Assembly (NCBI GenBank): GCA_016869435.1
Contig: VGEB01000003.1
Coordinates: 1,008-65,007 of the forward strand
Length of the DNA: 64,000 nt
Reading direction: 5' to 3'
Source of the DNA: Alphaproteobacteria bacterium
GTDB taxonomy: Bacteria > Pseudomonadota > Alphaproteobacteria > Rhizobiales > Beijerinckiaceae
Shown here: one piece after another, positions 38,777 through 47,733 of the stretch
Position numbering within the stretch: position 1 is the stretch's first letter
Layout: each line of letters opens with the position of its first letter
Program-made: the position numbers and the translations under genes
Notes under the pieces: model-generated
What the model was told of the DNA's origin: nothing
What the model saw: the letters and a program-made list of their open reading frames with translations, nothing else
Database searches by the model: none

Positions 38777-40531
38777 GTGGCCGAAGAGCCCAAGGACGAG
38801 GTGACGGCACCGAATATACAGAGCCGCGAAATCCTCGAAGCCTGGCTAAAGGACAAGCCGCGCGAGGTGGCTATCGCGATTGCCGCAAGGGCAGCGTTGC
38901 GCGTGGTGCCCTTGGTGGCAGTCGACATTCCAAGTACGAGCGACGTAGAGACGAGAAAACACTTTCTGAATTTAATGGCCGTAGTCTTGCGAGCGACCGC
39001 ACTTGTTCGTGTTGTAGGGGGGTACGCGACTAAAATAGAAAAGTTAGGGATGGTCTCGCGCGCCGAGGCAACGATGGAGACCTTGGTTTCGGTCGACGTC
39101 CTCAGGTTCCATCCAAGCACAAAATTTTTTGTTGAGGGTACGTTCGGAATTCTCCGTACCCTTGGCCGCGATTTCGAATCGTTTGCTGCAAGCGCGATCC
39201 GGGATACAGTCTACGCCGCCGCCAACAGCCCTTTCGCTCCTGCGGCTCCCACCTCCATGCCGGTCGAGGATGCAGCAGACTTTGCCGCCGCCGCCGCATG
39301 GGAAGCGGTTTCGTGCGATGCAGGTTTCATCGCGCGGGATGGAGGGGAGCTCTATCGTCTTTCGAAACACGCACGAGCGCTCGCGCATAAAGAGCCGCTG
39401 TGGTTGGCCGGAACGCCGGACGAGGCGAAATACAATTGGTCTCGCCTCCGCGACGCCCTGCCGCCCGAAGACAACTGGCAGGTCTGGATCGATTGGTACG
39501 ACCGTCGCCTTAAAGGCATCGCCGACTCGGAAGAAATCGAATTCGTCTACGCCACCGTCCCCGAATCTGACTGGGACAAAGGCCCCGCCGCCGCCAACGC
39601 TTGGATCAAGGCGAGATTGGAGGAGATCGAAAAAGATATCAGGAGCGTAACAGGTGCGGCTCAATTTCACGATGGTATCGACGCCGAAATCGTACGCCGT
39701 CCGCCTCCCCCGCTCGAAAACGTCCCTTCCGTCTTCACCTACGGCGTCAACGCCGCCGGGCAGATCGATATCAAGGCCGGCCCGCAAAACCTTCCATTGA
39801 TCACTCACACCGGCGATGAGGCGACGCATCGTCGCTGGCTCGACGCCGCGCGCAAACTCGCGGAGCGCCTTGCGGCGGACTTAAGAGCTCAGAAATTCAA
39901 TGCCGGGCCGCAGTATCGAGAACGGCTGGAGCAATATGTCGCCGATATTCCGTCGGAACAGGACGACGGCAATATCGTGCTCGCGGACGCAGAAGCGCGA
40001 GCGCTACATAGCTTGTTCATCGCCGAAACGTCCGCGCTGAACGAAGGTTTTGCGGCGCGATTGAAGGCATTTCTCGAAACGCATTTCGCGCTTCTCGCCT
40101 TTTATGAAGACGAGATGCGGCGCTTTCACCACGCCGCCGAAAAAGGGAATTTGCGAGCGCCATTTCCGCGCGAGGCGGTCGAAAAAGTTGACGCGATCGT
40201 GTTGGCGAACACCCCGACTGTTTTTGCGCCTCGAGTTGCGGAGGGACTACAGGAAACGGAGCGCGAACCGCCGCGCATTGAACTTGAACCAGAAGACGTG
40301 CGCGCCAAGGTGCCGATCCAACCGCCTGCACATCCATTTGGCGACGCCGATTATGAGAAGGCGCGGGCTCTCGGAATTCTTGGTTCGCGCAACGCTCTGT
40401 ACCGCGCAGTGCGGGACGAAGTGATAAAGGACCCCGAAAAGTCCTTGGCGAGAATTTCGATCGCGAAAGACATTTATGAGGCCGGCAAACCTATGTTCGA
40501 ATACTTGCTGAAGTATTTTTTGGAAAGCTGA
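38777..40531 (+). CDS. Large hypothetical, probably helical, protein
   Basis: Open frame of about 585 codons containing WLKDKPREVAIAIAARAALRVVP, EPLW and WQVWIDWYDRRLKG...WDKGPAAANAWI. No function recognised. Confidence 0.75.
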   Translation: MAEEPKDEVTAPNIQSREILEAWLKDKPREVAIAIAARAALRVVPLVAVDIPSTSDVETRKHFLNLMAVVLRATALVRVVGGYATKIEKLGMVSRAEATMETLVSVDVLRFHPSTKFFVEGTFGILRTLGRDFESFAASAIRDTVYAAANSPFAPAAPTSMPVEDAADFAAAAAWEAVSCDAGFIARDGGELYRLSKHARALAHKEPLWLAGTPDEAKYNWSRLRDALPPEDNWQVWIDWYDRRLKGIADSEEIEFVYATVPESDWDKGPAAANAWIKARLEEIEKDIRSVTGAAQFHDGIDAEIVRRPPPPLENVPSVFTYGVNAAGQIDIKAGPQNLPLITHTGDEATHRRWLDAARKLAERLAADLRAQKFNAGPQYRERLEQYVADIPSEQDDGNIVLADAEARALHSLFIAETSALNEGFAARLKAFLETHFALLAFYEDEMRRFHHAAEKGNLRAPFPREAVEKVDAIVLANTPTVFAPRVAEGLQETEREPPRIELEPEDVRAKVPIQPPAHPFGDADYEKARALGILGSRNALYRAVRDEVIKDPEKSLARISIAKDIYEAGKPMFEYLLKYFLES

Positions 40532-40615
40532 CGCCCAAGCGGGCCCTTCGCGCCACCCTCCCCGCAAGGGGCGGCACCCCTCCCGCTTTGGCGCGAGAGC
40601 AGTTACATTTCCCTT

Positions 40616-41770
40616 ATGGCCCGCGTCTATCTCGACCACAACGCAACGTCGCCTCTGCGCCCGCAGGCGCGGGCGGCGATGCTCGATGCGCTGGAGACGC
40701 TCGGCAATCCGTCTTCGGTCCACGCCGAGGGAAGGGCGGCGAAGACCCTGCTCGAAAACGCGCGAGCGGCCGTCGCCCGAGCGATCGGCGCGCCGCGCCG
40801 CGGCGTCGTCTTCACCAGCGGCGCGACCGAGGCGGCGAGCCTGGCGCTGTCGCCTGGGCTGCGTCGAGAAAGCGACGCCGCGCCGATTGACGCTCTGCTG
40901 GTCGCCGCCGGAGAGCATTTCTGCGTCTCGCAAGGCCATCGCTTTCCGCATGAGGCTATGGAAACCGTTCCGCTGACCCGCGACGGGACGCTCTCGCTCG
41001 GATCGCTGGAGGCGGCCTTGGCGCGGCGCTCAGGTCAGCGCGTGATGCTGGCGTTGCAGGCCGTCAACAATGAGACCGGCGTCATTCAGCCGGTCGCCGA
41101 GGCGGCGGCGCTGGTCCATGCGGCGCATGGCGTCGTCGTCTGCGACGCCGTGCAAGCCGTCGGCCGGCTCGAAACGACATTTGCGACGACGGACGCCGAC
41201 ATATTGTTCTTTTCCTCACACAAGCTCGGCGGGCCGATGGGCGTCGGCGCGCTCGCCTTTCGCGACGACGGCCTTCATCTGGAAACGCCGATGCTGCGCG
41301 GCGGCGGCCAGGAGTTCGGGCGCCGGGCCGGGACGGAGAACGTCGCTGGAATCGCCGGATTTGCGGCGGCCGTGACCGCAGCGACCGCCGACATGGCGGC
41401 TGAGGGGCCACGGCTTGCCGATTTGCGCGACGCCCTGGAGCGACAAGTCTTGAAAGTCGCCCCGGACGCCCGATTCTACGGTGCAAGGGCGCCGCGCGCG
41501 CCGAACGCCAGCGCATTCGCGATTCCAGGCCTTGCCGCGCGCACTTTGCTGATGGCGATCGACCTAGAGAATGTCGCGCTTTCGGCGGGCTCGGCCTGTT
41601 CTTCGGGCAAGATGACGGAATCTCACGTTCTTGCGGCGATGGGCGCGGCGGAAAGGGAGGCGCTGAGGGCCAGTTTGGGTTGGTCTTCGACGCGAGAGGA
41701 TGTAGAACAGTTTGGAAAGGTTCTTGCACGTGTCGTGGATCGTATGAGGTCGCGGCATTCCGCCGCCTAG
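40616..41770 (+). CDS. Cysteine desulfurase (NifS/IscS class)
   Basis: YLDHNATSP, GNPSSVH, FTSGATEA, NNETGVIQP, SSHKLGGP, RAGTEN and SAGSACSSG. Confidence 0.93.
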   Translation: MARVYLDHNATSPLRPQARAAMLDALETLGNPSSVHAEGRAAKTLLENARAAVARAIGAPRRGVVFTSGATEAASLALSPGLRRESDAAPIDALLVAAGEHFCVSQGHRFPHEAMETVPLTRDGTLSLGSLEAALARRSGQRVMLALQAVNNETGVIQPVAEAAALVHAAHGVVVCDAVQAVGRLETTFATTDADILFFSSHKLGGPMGVGALAFRDDGLHLETPMLRGGGQEFGRRAGTENVAGIAGFAAAVTAATADMAAEGPRLADLRDALERQVLKVAPDARFYGARAPRAPNASAFAIPGLAARTLLMAIDLENVALSAGSACSSGKMTESHVLAAMGAAEREALRASLGWSSTREDVEQFGKVLARVVDRMRSRHSAA

Positions 41771-41849
41771 TCGACGCCAAATTGGCTGGGCGGAGGCGGA
41801 ACGATCGGCCGGCGGGCCTTGAACCCGTCGTGACGAGGAGAAAGAAAAG

Positions 41850-43319
41850 ATGGCGGCTCGTCAGGAGACCGTTGCGCGCGTCGAGTCGATCGACGTCGAC
41901 GCCTATAAATACGGGTTTTCGACCGATATCGAATCGGAAAAGGCCCCCAAGGGCCTGAATGAAGACATCGTTCGTTTCATCTCGGCCAAAAAGAGCGAGC
42001 CGCAGTGGCTCACCGACTGGCGCCTGGAGGCGTATCGCCGCTGGCTGACCATGCCCGAGCCGAACTGGGCGCGCGTGCACTATCCGCGCATCGACTTCCA
42101 GGATCTCTACTATTACGCCGCGCCGAAATCGACGCCAGGCCCGAAGTCGCTCGACGAAGTCGATCCCGAACTGCTGCGCACATATGAGAAGCTTGGCATT
42201 CCGCTGCGCGAGCAGGAAATACTCGCCGGCGTCGAGACCCGCCGCGTCGCCGTCGACGCCGTATTCGACAGCGTGTCCGTAGCGACAACCTTCAAGGAGG
42301 AGCTGGCAAAGGCGGGCGTGATCTTCTGCCCGATCTCCGAGGCGGTTCAGACGCATCCGGAACTGGTGCAAAAATATCTCGGCTCGGTGGTGCCGGCGAC
42401 CGACAATTTCTACGCGACGCTGAACAGCGCGGTCTTCTCCGACGGCTCCTTCGTCTATGTGCCGAAGGGGGTGCGCTGCCCGATGGAGCTTTCGACCTAT
42501 TTCCGCATCAACGAGCAGAAGACCGGGCAGTTCGAGCGCACGCTGATCATTGCGGATGAGGGCTCCTATGTGAGCTATCTCGAAGGCTGCACCGCGCCGC
42601 GGCGCGACGAAAATCAATTGCACGCGGCGGTGGTCGAACTCGTCGCGCTCGACGACGCCGAGATCAAATATTCGACGGTGCAGAACTGGTATCCGGGCGA
42701 CAGCGAGGGCAGGGGCGGCATTTACAATTTCGTCACCAAGCGCGGCGATTGCCGCGGCCGCAATTCGCATATTTCCTGGACTCAGGTCGAGACGGGTTCG
42801 GCGATCACCTGGAAATATCCCTCTTGCATCCTGCGCGGCGACGGCTCGCAGGGCGAGTTCTACTCGATCGCGGTGTCGAACGGCTATCAGCAGGTCGACA
42901 GCGGCACCAAGATGCTGCATCTCGGCAAGAACACGAAAAGCCGCATCATCTCCAAGGGCATTTCGGCGGGAAGGGCGCAGAACACCTATCGCGGTCAGGT
43001 TTCCGCCCATCGTAAGGCCGACGGCGCGCGCAACTTCACCCAATGCGACAGTCTGCTGATTGGCCACGACTGCGGCGCGCATACGGTTCCCTATATCGAG
43101 TCGAAGAACCCGAGCGCGCAGTTCGAACATGAAGCGACGACGAGCAAGATTTCCGAGGATCAGCTGTTCTATGCGATGCAGCGTGGATTGACGGCGGAAG
43201 AGGCGACCGCGCTGATCGTCAACGGCTTCGTGCGCGACGTTCTGCAGCAGCTGCCGATGGAGTTCGCGGTCGAGGCGCAGAAGCTGATTTCGATCTCGCT
43301 CGAAGGGAGCGTGGGGTGA
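41850..43319 (+). CDS. sufB: Fe-S cluster assembly protein SufB
   Basis: [31 protein letters not shown] and [12 protein letters not shown]. Confidence 0.97.
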   Translation: MAARQETVARVESIDVDAYKYGFSTDIESEKAPKGLNEDIVRFISAKKSEPQWLTDWRLEAYRRWLTMPEPNWARVHYPRIDFQDLYYYAAPKSTPGPKSLDEVDPELLRTYEKLGIPLREQEILAGVETRRVAVDAVFDSVSVATTFKEELAKAGVIFCPISEAVQTHPELVQKYLGSVVPATDNFYATLNSAVFSDGSFVYVPKGVRCPMELSTYFRINEQKTGQFERTLIIADEGSYVSYLEGCTAPRRDENQLHAAVVELVALDDAEIKYSTVQNWYPGDSEGRGGIYNFVTKRGDCRGRNSHISWTQVETGSAITWKYPSCILRGDGSQGEFYSIAVSNGYQQVDSGTKMLHLGKNTKSRIISKGISAGRAQNTYRGQVSAHRKADGARNFTQCDSLLIGHDCGAHTVPYIESKNPSAQFEHEATTSKISEDQLFYAMQRGLTAEEATALIVNGFVRDVLQQLPMEFAVEAQKLISISLEGSVG

Positions 43320-43329
43320 CGCCTTCACC

Positions 43330-43435
43330 GTCATGGCCGGGTTTGTCCCGACCATCCATTCAGCTCACCGCGCGTCGGCTTATAGAATGATTGCGAACAC
43401 GAGGACGTGGATGGCCGGCTCAAGGCGGCCATGAC
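43330..43435. repeat. REP-like GTCATGGCC...GGCCATGAC element, copy 2
   Basis: GTCATGGCCGGGTTTGTCCCGACCATCCA...GTGGATGGCCGGCTCAAGGCGGCCATGAC. Confidence 0.8.
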
Positions 43436-43463
43436 AGCCGGAGACTGAGAAGAGTTTTTGACC

Positions 43464-44216
43464 ATGCTCGAAATTAAAGACCTGCACGTCGCCGTCGGCG
43501 AACACGAAATTCTCAAAGGCCTTACGCTCAGCGTGAAGGCCGGCGAAGTCGCGGCGATCATGGGGCCGAACGGGACCGGAAAATCGACGCTCTCCTACAT
43601 CGTCTCCGGCCGCGAAGGCTATGACGTTACGCAAGGCGACGTGCGTCTCAATGGCGAGAATATTCTCGACCTCGATCCGGCCGAGCGCGCCGCCAGGGGC
43701 GTTTTCCTCGCCTTCCAATATCCGGTCGAAATCCCCGGCGTCGCGACCATGACCTTCCTCAAAGCGGCGCTCAACGCGCAGCGCCGCGCCCGCGGCGAAC
43801 CCGAATTGCAGACGCCGGAGTTCATGAAGCGCGTCAGGGAAGCCGCCGCCTCTCTCGGCGTTTCGCAGGACATGCTGCGCCGGCCGCTCAACGCCGGCTT
43901 TTCTGGCGGCGAGAAGAAGCGGATGGAAATCCTGCAGATGGCGCTTCTGCAGCCGCGTCTCGCCATTCTCGACGAGACGGATTCGGGGCTCGACATCGAC
44001 GCGCTGCGCGTCGTCGCGGACGGCGTCAATGCGCTGCGTTCGCCAGAGCGCGCCTTCGTCGTCATCACCCATTATCAGCGCCTGCTCGAATATATCAGGC
44101 CCGATACGGTGCATGTGATGGCGCAGGGGCGCATCATGCGGTCGGGCGGTCCAGAACTTGCTCAGGAGCTCGAAGAGCGCGGCTATCAGGATTACATCGC
44201 GCAAGAGGCGGCATGA
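43464..44216 (+). CDS. sufC: Fe-S cluster assembly ATPase SufC
   Basis: MGPNGTGKSTL, FLAFQYPVEIPGV, GFSGGEKKR and ILDETDSGLDID. Confidence 0.97.
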   Translation: MLEIKDLHVAVGEHEILKGLTLSVKAGEVAAIMGPNGTGKSTLSYIVSGREGYDVTQGDVRLNGENILDLDPAERAARGVFLAFQYPVEIPGVATMTFLKAALNAQRRARGEPELQTPEFMKRVREAAASLGVSQDMLRRPLNAGFSGGEKKRMEILQMALLQPRLAILDETDSGLDIDALRVVADGVNALRSPERAFVVITHYQRLLEYIRPDTVHVMAQGRIMRSGGPELAQELEERGYQDYIAQEAA

Positions 44217-44220
44217 GGTG

Positions 44221-45513
44221 ATGATCAAGCTCGCGAGCGAAGCGGAAGCGACGCTTTCCTCCTTCTACGAAGAGATGCGCGCCAAGGGCGCGCCGCGCCT
44301 GCGCGCCGCGGCCTGGGCGGCGTTCTCGGAGTTCGGCCTGCCGAGCCGCCGCGTTGAGTCGTGGCATTACACCGACCTCAAGACGGCGATGAGCAGGCCG
44401 GCGCCGCTCGCCACCTCTTCGCGCGGCGCCATGCCGCTGCCGCGGGCGCATGACTCGCTGCGGCTGGTCACGCTCGACGGCGTTTTCCGTGCCGATCTTT
44501 CCGACATCGCGCGGCTTCCCGAAGGCGTCGCCGTCCAATCGCTGCGCGACGCGCTGGCGCAGGGCGAGCTGCATGTGATGTCGGCGCTGGCCAGCGCTGA
44601 TATTGGCGCGCAGGATCCGATCCTCGCGCTCAATGCGGCGCTGATGCAGGACGGCGTCGTCGTTCAGATCGCGCCGGGCGCAAAAATCGCGCGCGCGATC
44701 GAGCTTGCGACATTTTCGTCGGCGGAGGCGGCGCAGTCGACCTATACGCGCGCGCTCGTGATGCTGGGCGAGGGCGCTCAGGCGACATTGATCGAAACGC
44801 TTGGCGCGCTGTCGGCGGCGCCGGCGCAGGACAATGGCGCGCTCGTGCTTCGACTGGCGGCCAGCGCGCGCGTCGAACTCGTGACGCATCTCTCGGGGGG
44901 CGTCGATCAATCGATCCGCGTCGCGTCGCTGCTTGCGCATCTCGATGCGGACGCAAGGATTCATTCCTTCGCCCTGATCGAGGGAGAAGGCCTGCATCGC
45001 CGGCAGATTTTCGTACGCCTCGACGGGGAGAAGGCGAGCGCCGTCTTCAATGGCGCGACGCTGGGGCGCGGTCGGCTGCACGCCGACACGACGCTGATCG
45101 TCGACCATGCGAAGCCTTCCGGACAAAGCCGCGAATGTTTTCGCAACATTCTCGACGATCAGAGCGTCGGGGTGTTTCAAGGCAAGGTCATTGTGCGCCC
45201 GGGCGCCCAAAAGACTGATGGCGCGATGCAGTCGAAAGCGCTGTTGCTCTCCGAGCAGGCGACGATGAACAACAAGCCGGAGCTCGAAATCTTCGCCGAC
45301 GACGTTCAGTGCGGCCATGGCGCGACGTGCGGCAGGCTCGACAAGGACCAGTTGTTTTACTTGACCGCGCGGGGCCTGCCGCGCCGCGAGGCCGAGGCCT
45401 TGCTCATCGAGGGCTTCGCCAATGAGGCGATGGAAGCGCTGGAGGACGAGCAGTTGAAGGCGTTTTTGAGCGATCGCGTCAGCGTTTGGCTTTCTCGAAG
45501 GATCGGTCGATGA
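44221..45513 (+). CDS. sufD: Fe-S cluster assembly protein SufD
   Basis: GLPSRRVESWHYTDL, GVFQGKVIVRPGAQKTD and KPELEIFADDVQCGHGAT. Confidence 0.95.
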   Translation: MIKLASEAEATLSSFYEEMRAKGAPRLRAAAWAAFSEFGLPSRRVESWHYTDLKTAMSRPAPLATSSRGAMPLPRAHDSLRLVTLDGVFRADLSDIARLPEGVAVQSLRDALAQGELHVMSALASADIGAQDPILALNAALMQDGVVVQIAPGAKIARAIELATFSSAEAAQSTYTRALVMLGEGAQATLIETLGALSAAPAQDNGALVLRLAASARVELVTHLSGGVDQSIRVASLLAHLDADARIHSFALIEGEGLHRRQIFVRLDGEKASAVFNGATLGRGRLHADTTLIVDHAKPSGQSRECFRNILDDQSVGVFQGKVIVRPGAQKTDGAMQSKALLLSEQATMNNKPELEIFADDVQCGHGATCGRLDKDQLFYLTARGLPRREAEALLIEGFANEAMEALEDEQLKAFLSDRVSVWLSRRIGR

Positions 45514-46754
45514 ACGAGATCGCGCGCATCGAGACGCCTTACGACATCGACGCGGTTCGCGCCGACTTCACGATCCTTGGCGAGCGTCCCTATGGCAAGC
45601 CGCTCGCCTATCTCGATAACGCCGCCTCGGCGCAAAAGCCGCGCGCGGTGATCGAACGGCTGGCGCAATTCTACGAGCATGAATACGCCAATGTGCACCG
45701 CGGCCTGCATTATCTCGCCAACGCTTCGACCGAGGCTTATGAGGGCGCACGCGAAACGGTTCGCCGCTTCCTCAATGCGGAATCGACCGACGAAATCATT
45801 TTCACCCGCGGCGCGACCGAAGCCCTGAATCTCGTCGCCGCCGCTTATGGCGAGGCCCACATTGGCGAGGGCGACGAGATCATCCTGTCGGTGATGGAGC
45901 ATCATTCCAACATCGTGCCCTGGCATTTCCTACGCGAACGCAAGGGCGCGGTGCTGAAATGGCTTGAGGTCGACGATGACGGCCGCATCGACCTTGAGGC
46001 TTTCGAGAAGCTCTTCACGAAGCGCACGAAAATCGTGACGCTCACCCATATGTCGAATGTGCTCGGCGCGCCGACTCCGATCGCAGATGTCGCGCGCATC
46101 GCCCATGTCCACGGCGTTCCGCTCTGCGTCGATGGTTCGCAGGGCGCGGTGCATCTTGACGTCGACGTGCAGGCGCTCGACGCCGACTTTTATGTGCTGA
46201 CCGGCCACAAGCTCTACGGTCCAACCGGCATCGGCGCGCTTTACGGAAAGCGGAAATGGCTCGAGACCCTGCCGCCCTATGCGGGCGGCGGCGAGATGAT
46301 CGAAACCGTGACGCGCGAAACTGTCACCTACAATGCGCCGCCGCAGCGCTTCGAAGCCGGCACGCCGCCGATCGCCCAGGCGGTAGGGCTTGGCGCGGCG
46401 CTCGACTATATGGAGCGCCTCGGCCGCGACGCGATCCGCGCGCATGAAGCGGGACTGACCGCCTATGCCCATCAGCGATTGTCGCAGATCGAGAGGTTGA
46501 GAATTTACGGTCGGGCGCCAGACAAGGGGCCGATCGTGTCCTTCGACATGGCGACGGCGCATGCGCATGACATCGCCACGGTGATCGATCGCTCCGGCAT
46601 CGCGGTGCGCGCCGGGACGCATTGCGCCATGCCGCTTCTGGCCCGGTTCGGCGTCACCTCCACCTGCCGCGCTTCCTTTGCGCTCTACAATACGCGCGAG
46701 GAGATCGACAGGCTGGCGGAGGCGCTGGACAGGGCCCGCTCTCTGTTCGCCTGA
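45510..46754 (+). CDS. sufS: Cysteine desulfurase SufS
   Basis: YLDNAASAQKP, NVHRG, EHHSNIVPW, TGHKLYGPTG, RFEAGTP and RAGTHCA. Confidence 0.95.
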   Translation: MNEIARIETPYDIDAVRADFTILGERPYGKPLAYLDNAASAQKPRAVIERLAQFYEHEYANVHRGLHYLANASTEAYEGARETVRRFLNAESTDEIIFTRGATEALNLVAAAYGEAHIGEGDEIILSVMEHHSNIVPWHFLRERKGAVLKWLEVDDDGRIDLEAFEKLFTKRTKIVTLTHMSNVLGAPTPIADVARIAHVHGVPLCVDGSQGAVHLDVDVQALDADFYVLTGHKLYGPTGIGALYGKRKWLETLPPYAGGGEMIETVTRETVTYNAPPQRFEAGTPPIAQAVGLGAALDYMERLGRDAIRAHEAGLTAYAHQRLSQIERLRIYGRAPDKGPIVSFDMATAHAHDIATVIDRSGIAVRAGTHCAMPLLARFGVTSTCRASFALYNTREEIDRLAEALDRARSLFA

Positions 46755-46770
46755 GGAGAACTTCGTGTTC

Positions 46771-47148
46771 ATGAACGATGCTCCGAATCCAAGCGAAGGC
46801 GGACGCGCCGCAGCGCCGGACCAAACGCCTCAGGCCCTTGAAAATGAGCGCTTGACGGACGACATCGTGAAGGCGCTCAAGACCGTTTACGATCCCGAAA
46901 TTCCGGCCGACATCTACGAGCTTGGCCTGATCTACCGGGTCGATATTTCGGAGGATGGGATCGTTGAAATCGACATGACGCTGACCGCGCCGGGATGCCC
47001 GGTGGCGGGCGAAATGCCGATATGGGTCAAGAATGCGGTGAGCGCCGTGCCTGGCGTCGGCGATGTGAAAGTGAATATGGTGTTTGATCCGCCCTGGGAC
47101 CAAAGCCGCATGTCGGATGAGGCGCGCGTCGCGCTCGACATGTGGTGA
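46771..47148 (+). CDS. sufT: SUF-associated DUF59 protein (SufT-like)
   Basis: LKTVYDPEIPADIYELGLIY, MTLTAPGCPVA and VFDPPWD. Confidence 0.9.
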   Translation: MNDAPNPSEGGRAAAPDQTPQALENERLTDDIVKALKTVYDPEIPADIYELGLIYRVDISEDGIVEIDMTLTAPGCPVAGEMPIWVKNAVSAVPGVGDVKVNMVFDPPWDQSRMSDEARVALDMW

Positions 47149-47177
47149 AGGGGCGCCTTGACGGGAACGGTTTTGCG

Positions 47178-47570
47178 ATGACGGCAATGATGAAAATGAG
47201 CGTGATGAACGTCAGTCCCGCCGCCGCGGCGCGCGTCCGGGGATTGCTCGCCACGGCGGACGAAGGCAAAGGACTGCGCGTCTCGGTCGAGAAGGGCGGC
47301 TGCGCCGGCATGTCCTACAGAATGGAGATCGCCGAACCCAAGAAGGGCGACGAGATCATCGAGGTCGACGGCGGCCGCGTGATTATTGACTCCGCGGCGG
47401 TGCTCTATCTGCTCGGCACGACGATGGACGTGAAGACGACGCAGTTCTCCTCGACTCTCGTGTTCGAAAATCCCAATCAGACCTCGGCCTGCGGCTGCGG
47501 CGAAAGCGTCGAACTGAAGCCGGCCGACCCGGAAAAACTCGCTGCGGCCTCCGCGATTTCGGGTTCCTGA
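47178..47570 (+). CDS. sufA: A-type Fe-S carrier (HesB/IscA/SufA)
   Basis: GGCAGMSY and FENPNQTSACGCGES. Confidence 0.92.
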   Translation: MTAMMKMSVMNVSPAAAARVRGLLATADEGKGLRVSVEKGGCAGMSYRMEIAEPKKGDEIIEVDGGRVIIDSAAVLYLLGTTMDVKTTQFSSTLVFENPNQTSACGCGESVELKPADPEKLAAASAISGS

Positions 47571-47733
47571 CGGCGGCGAGGCCGTGAGAGGCAGGAGTCT
47601 TCCAAAAAGACGACAAGCAATGCTACAAATAATTGAATTTATTGGATGTTCATGACGCGTCGATGCTGGCGTCGCGCGTTCGAATCGCCTATAGAACTGT
47701 GACGCAGAACGCTCTTCTTGAACTGGCGCGCAA

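Noticed and set aside
38777-40531. Diversity-generating retroelement target
   Set aside because: I saw no reverse transcriptase and no template/variable repeat pair. The variable segment is N-terminal, and adenine-specific change cannot be shown.
40616-46754. Two cysteine desulfurases in one SUF operon
   Set aside because: This is the normal Rhizobiales arrangement.
47615-47650. AT-rich stretch CAAATAATTGAATTTATTGG as an att-site scar
   Set aside because: There is no second copy, tRNA or integrase. It is more simply part of the gyrA promoter region.
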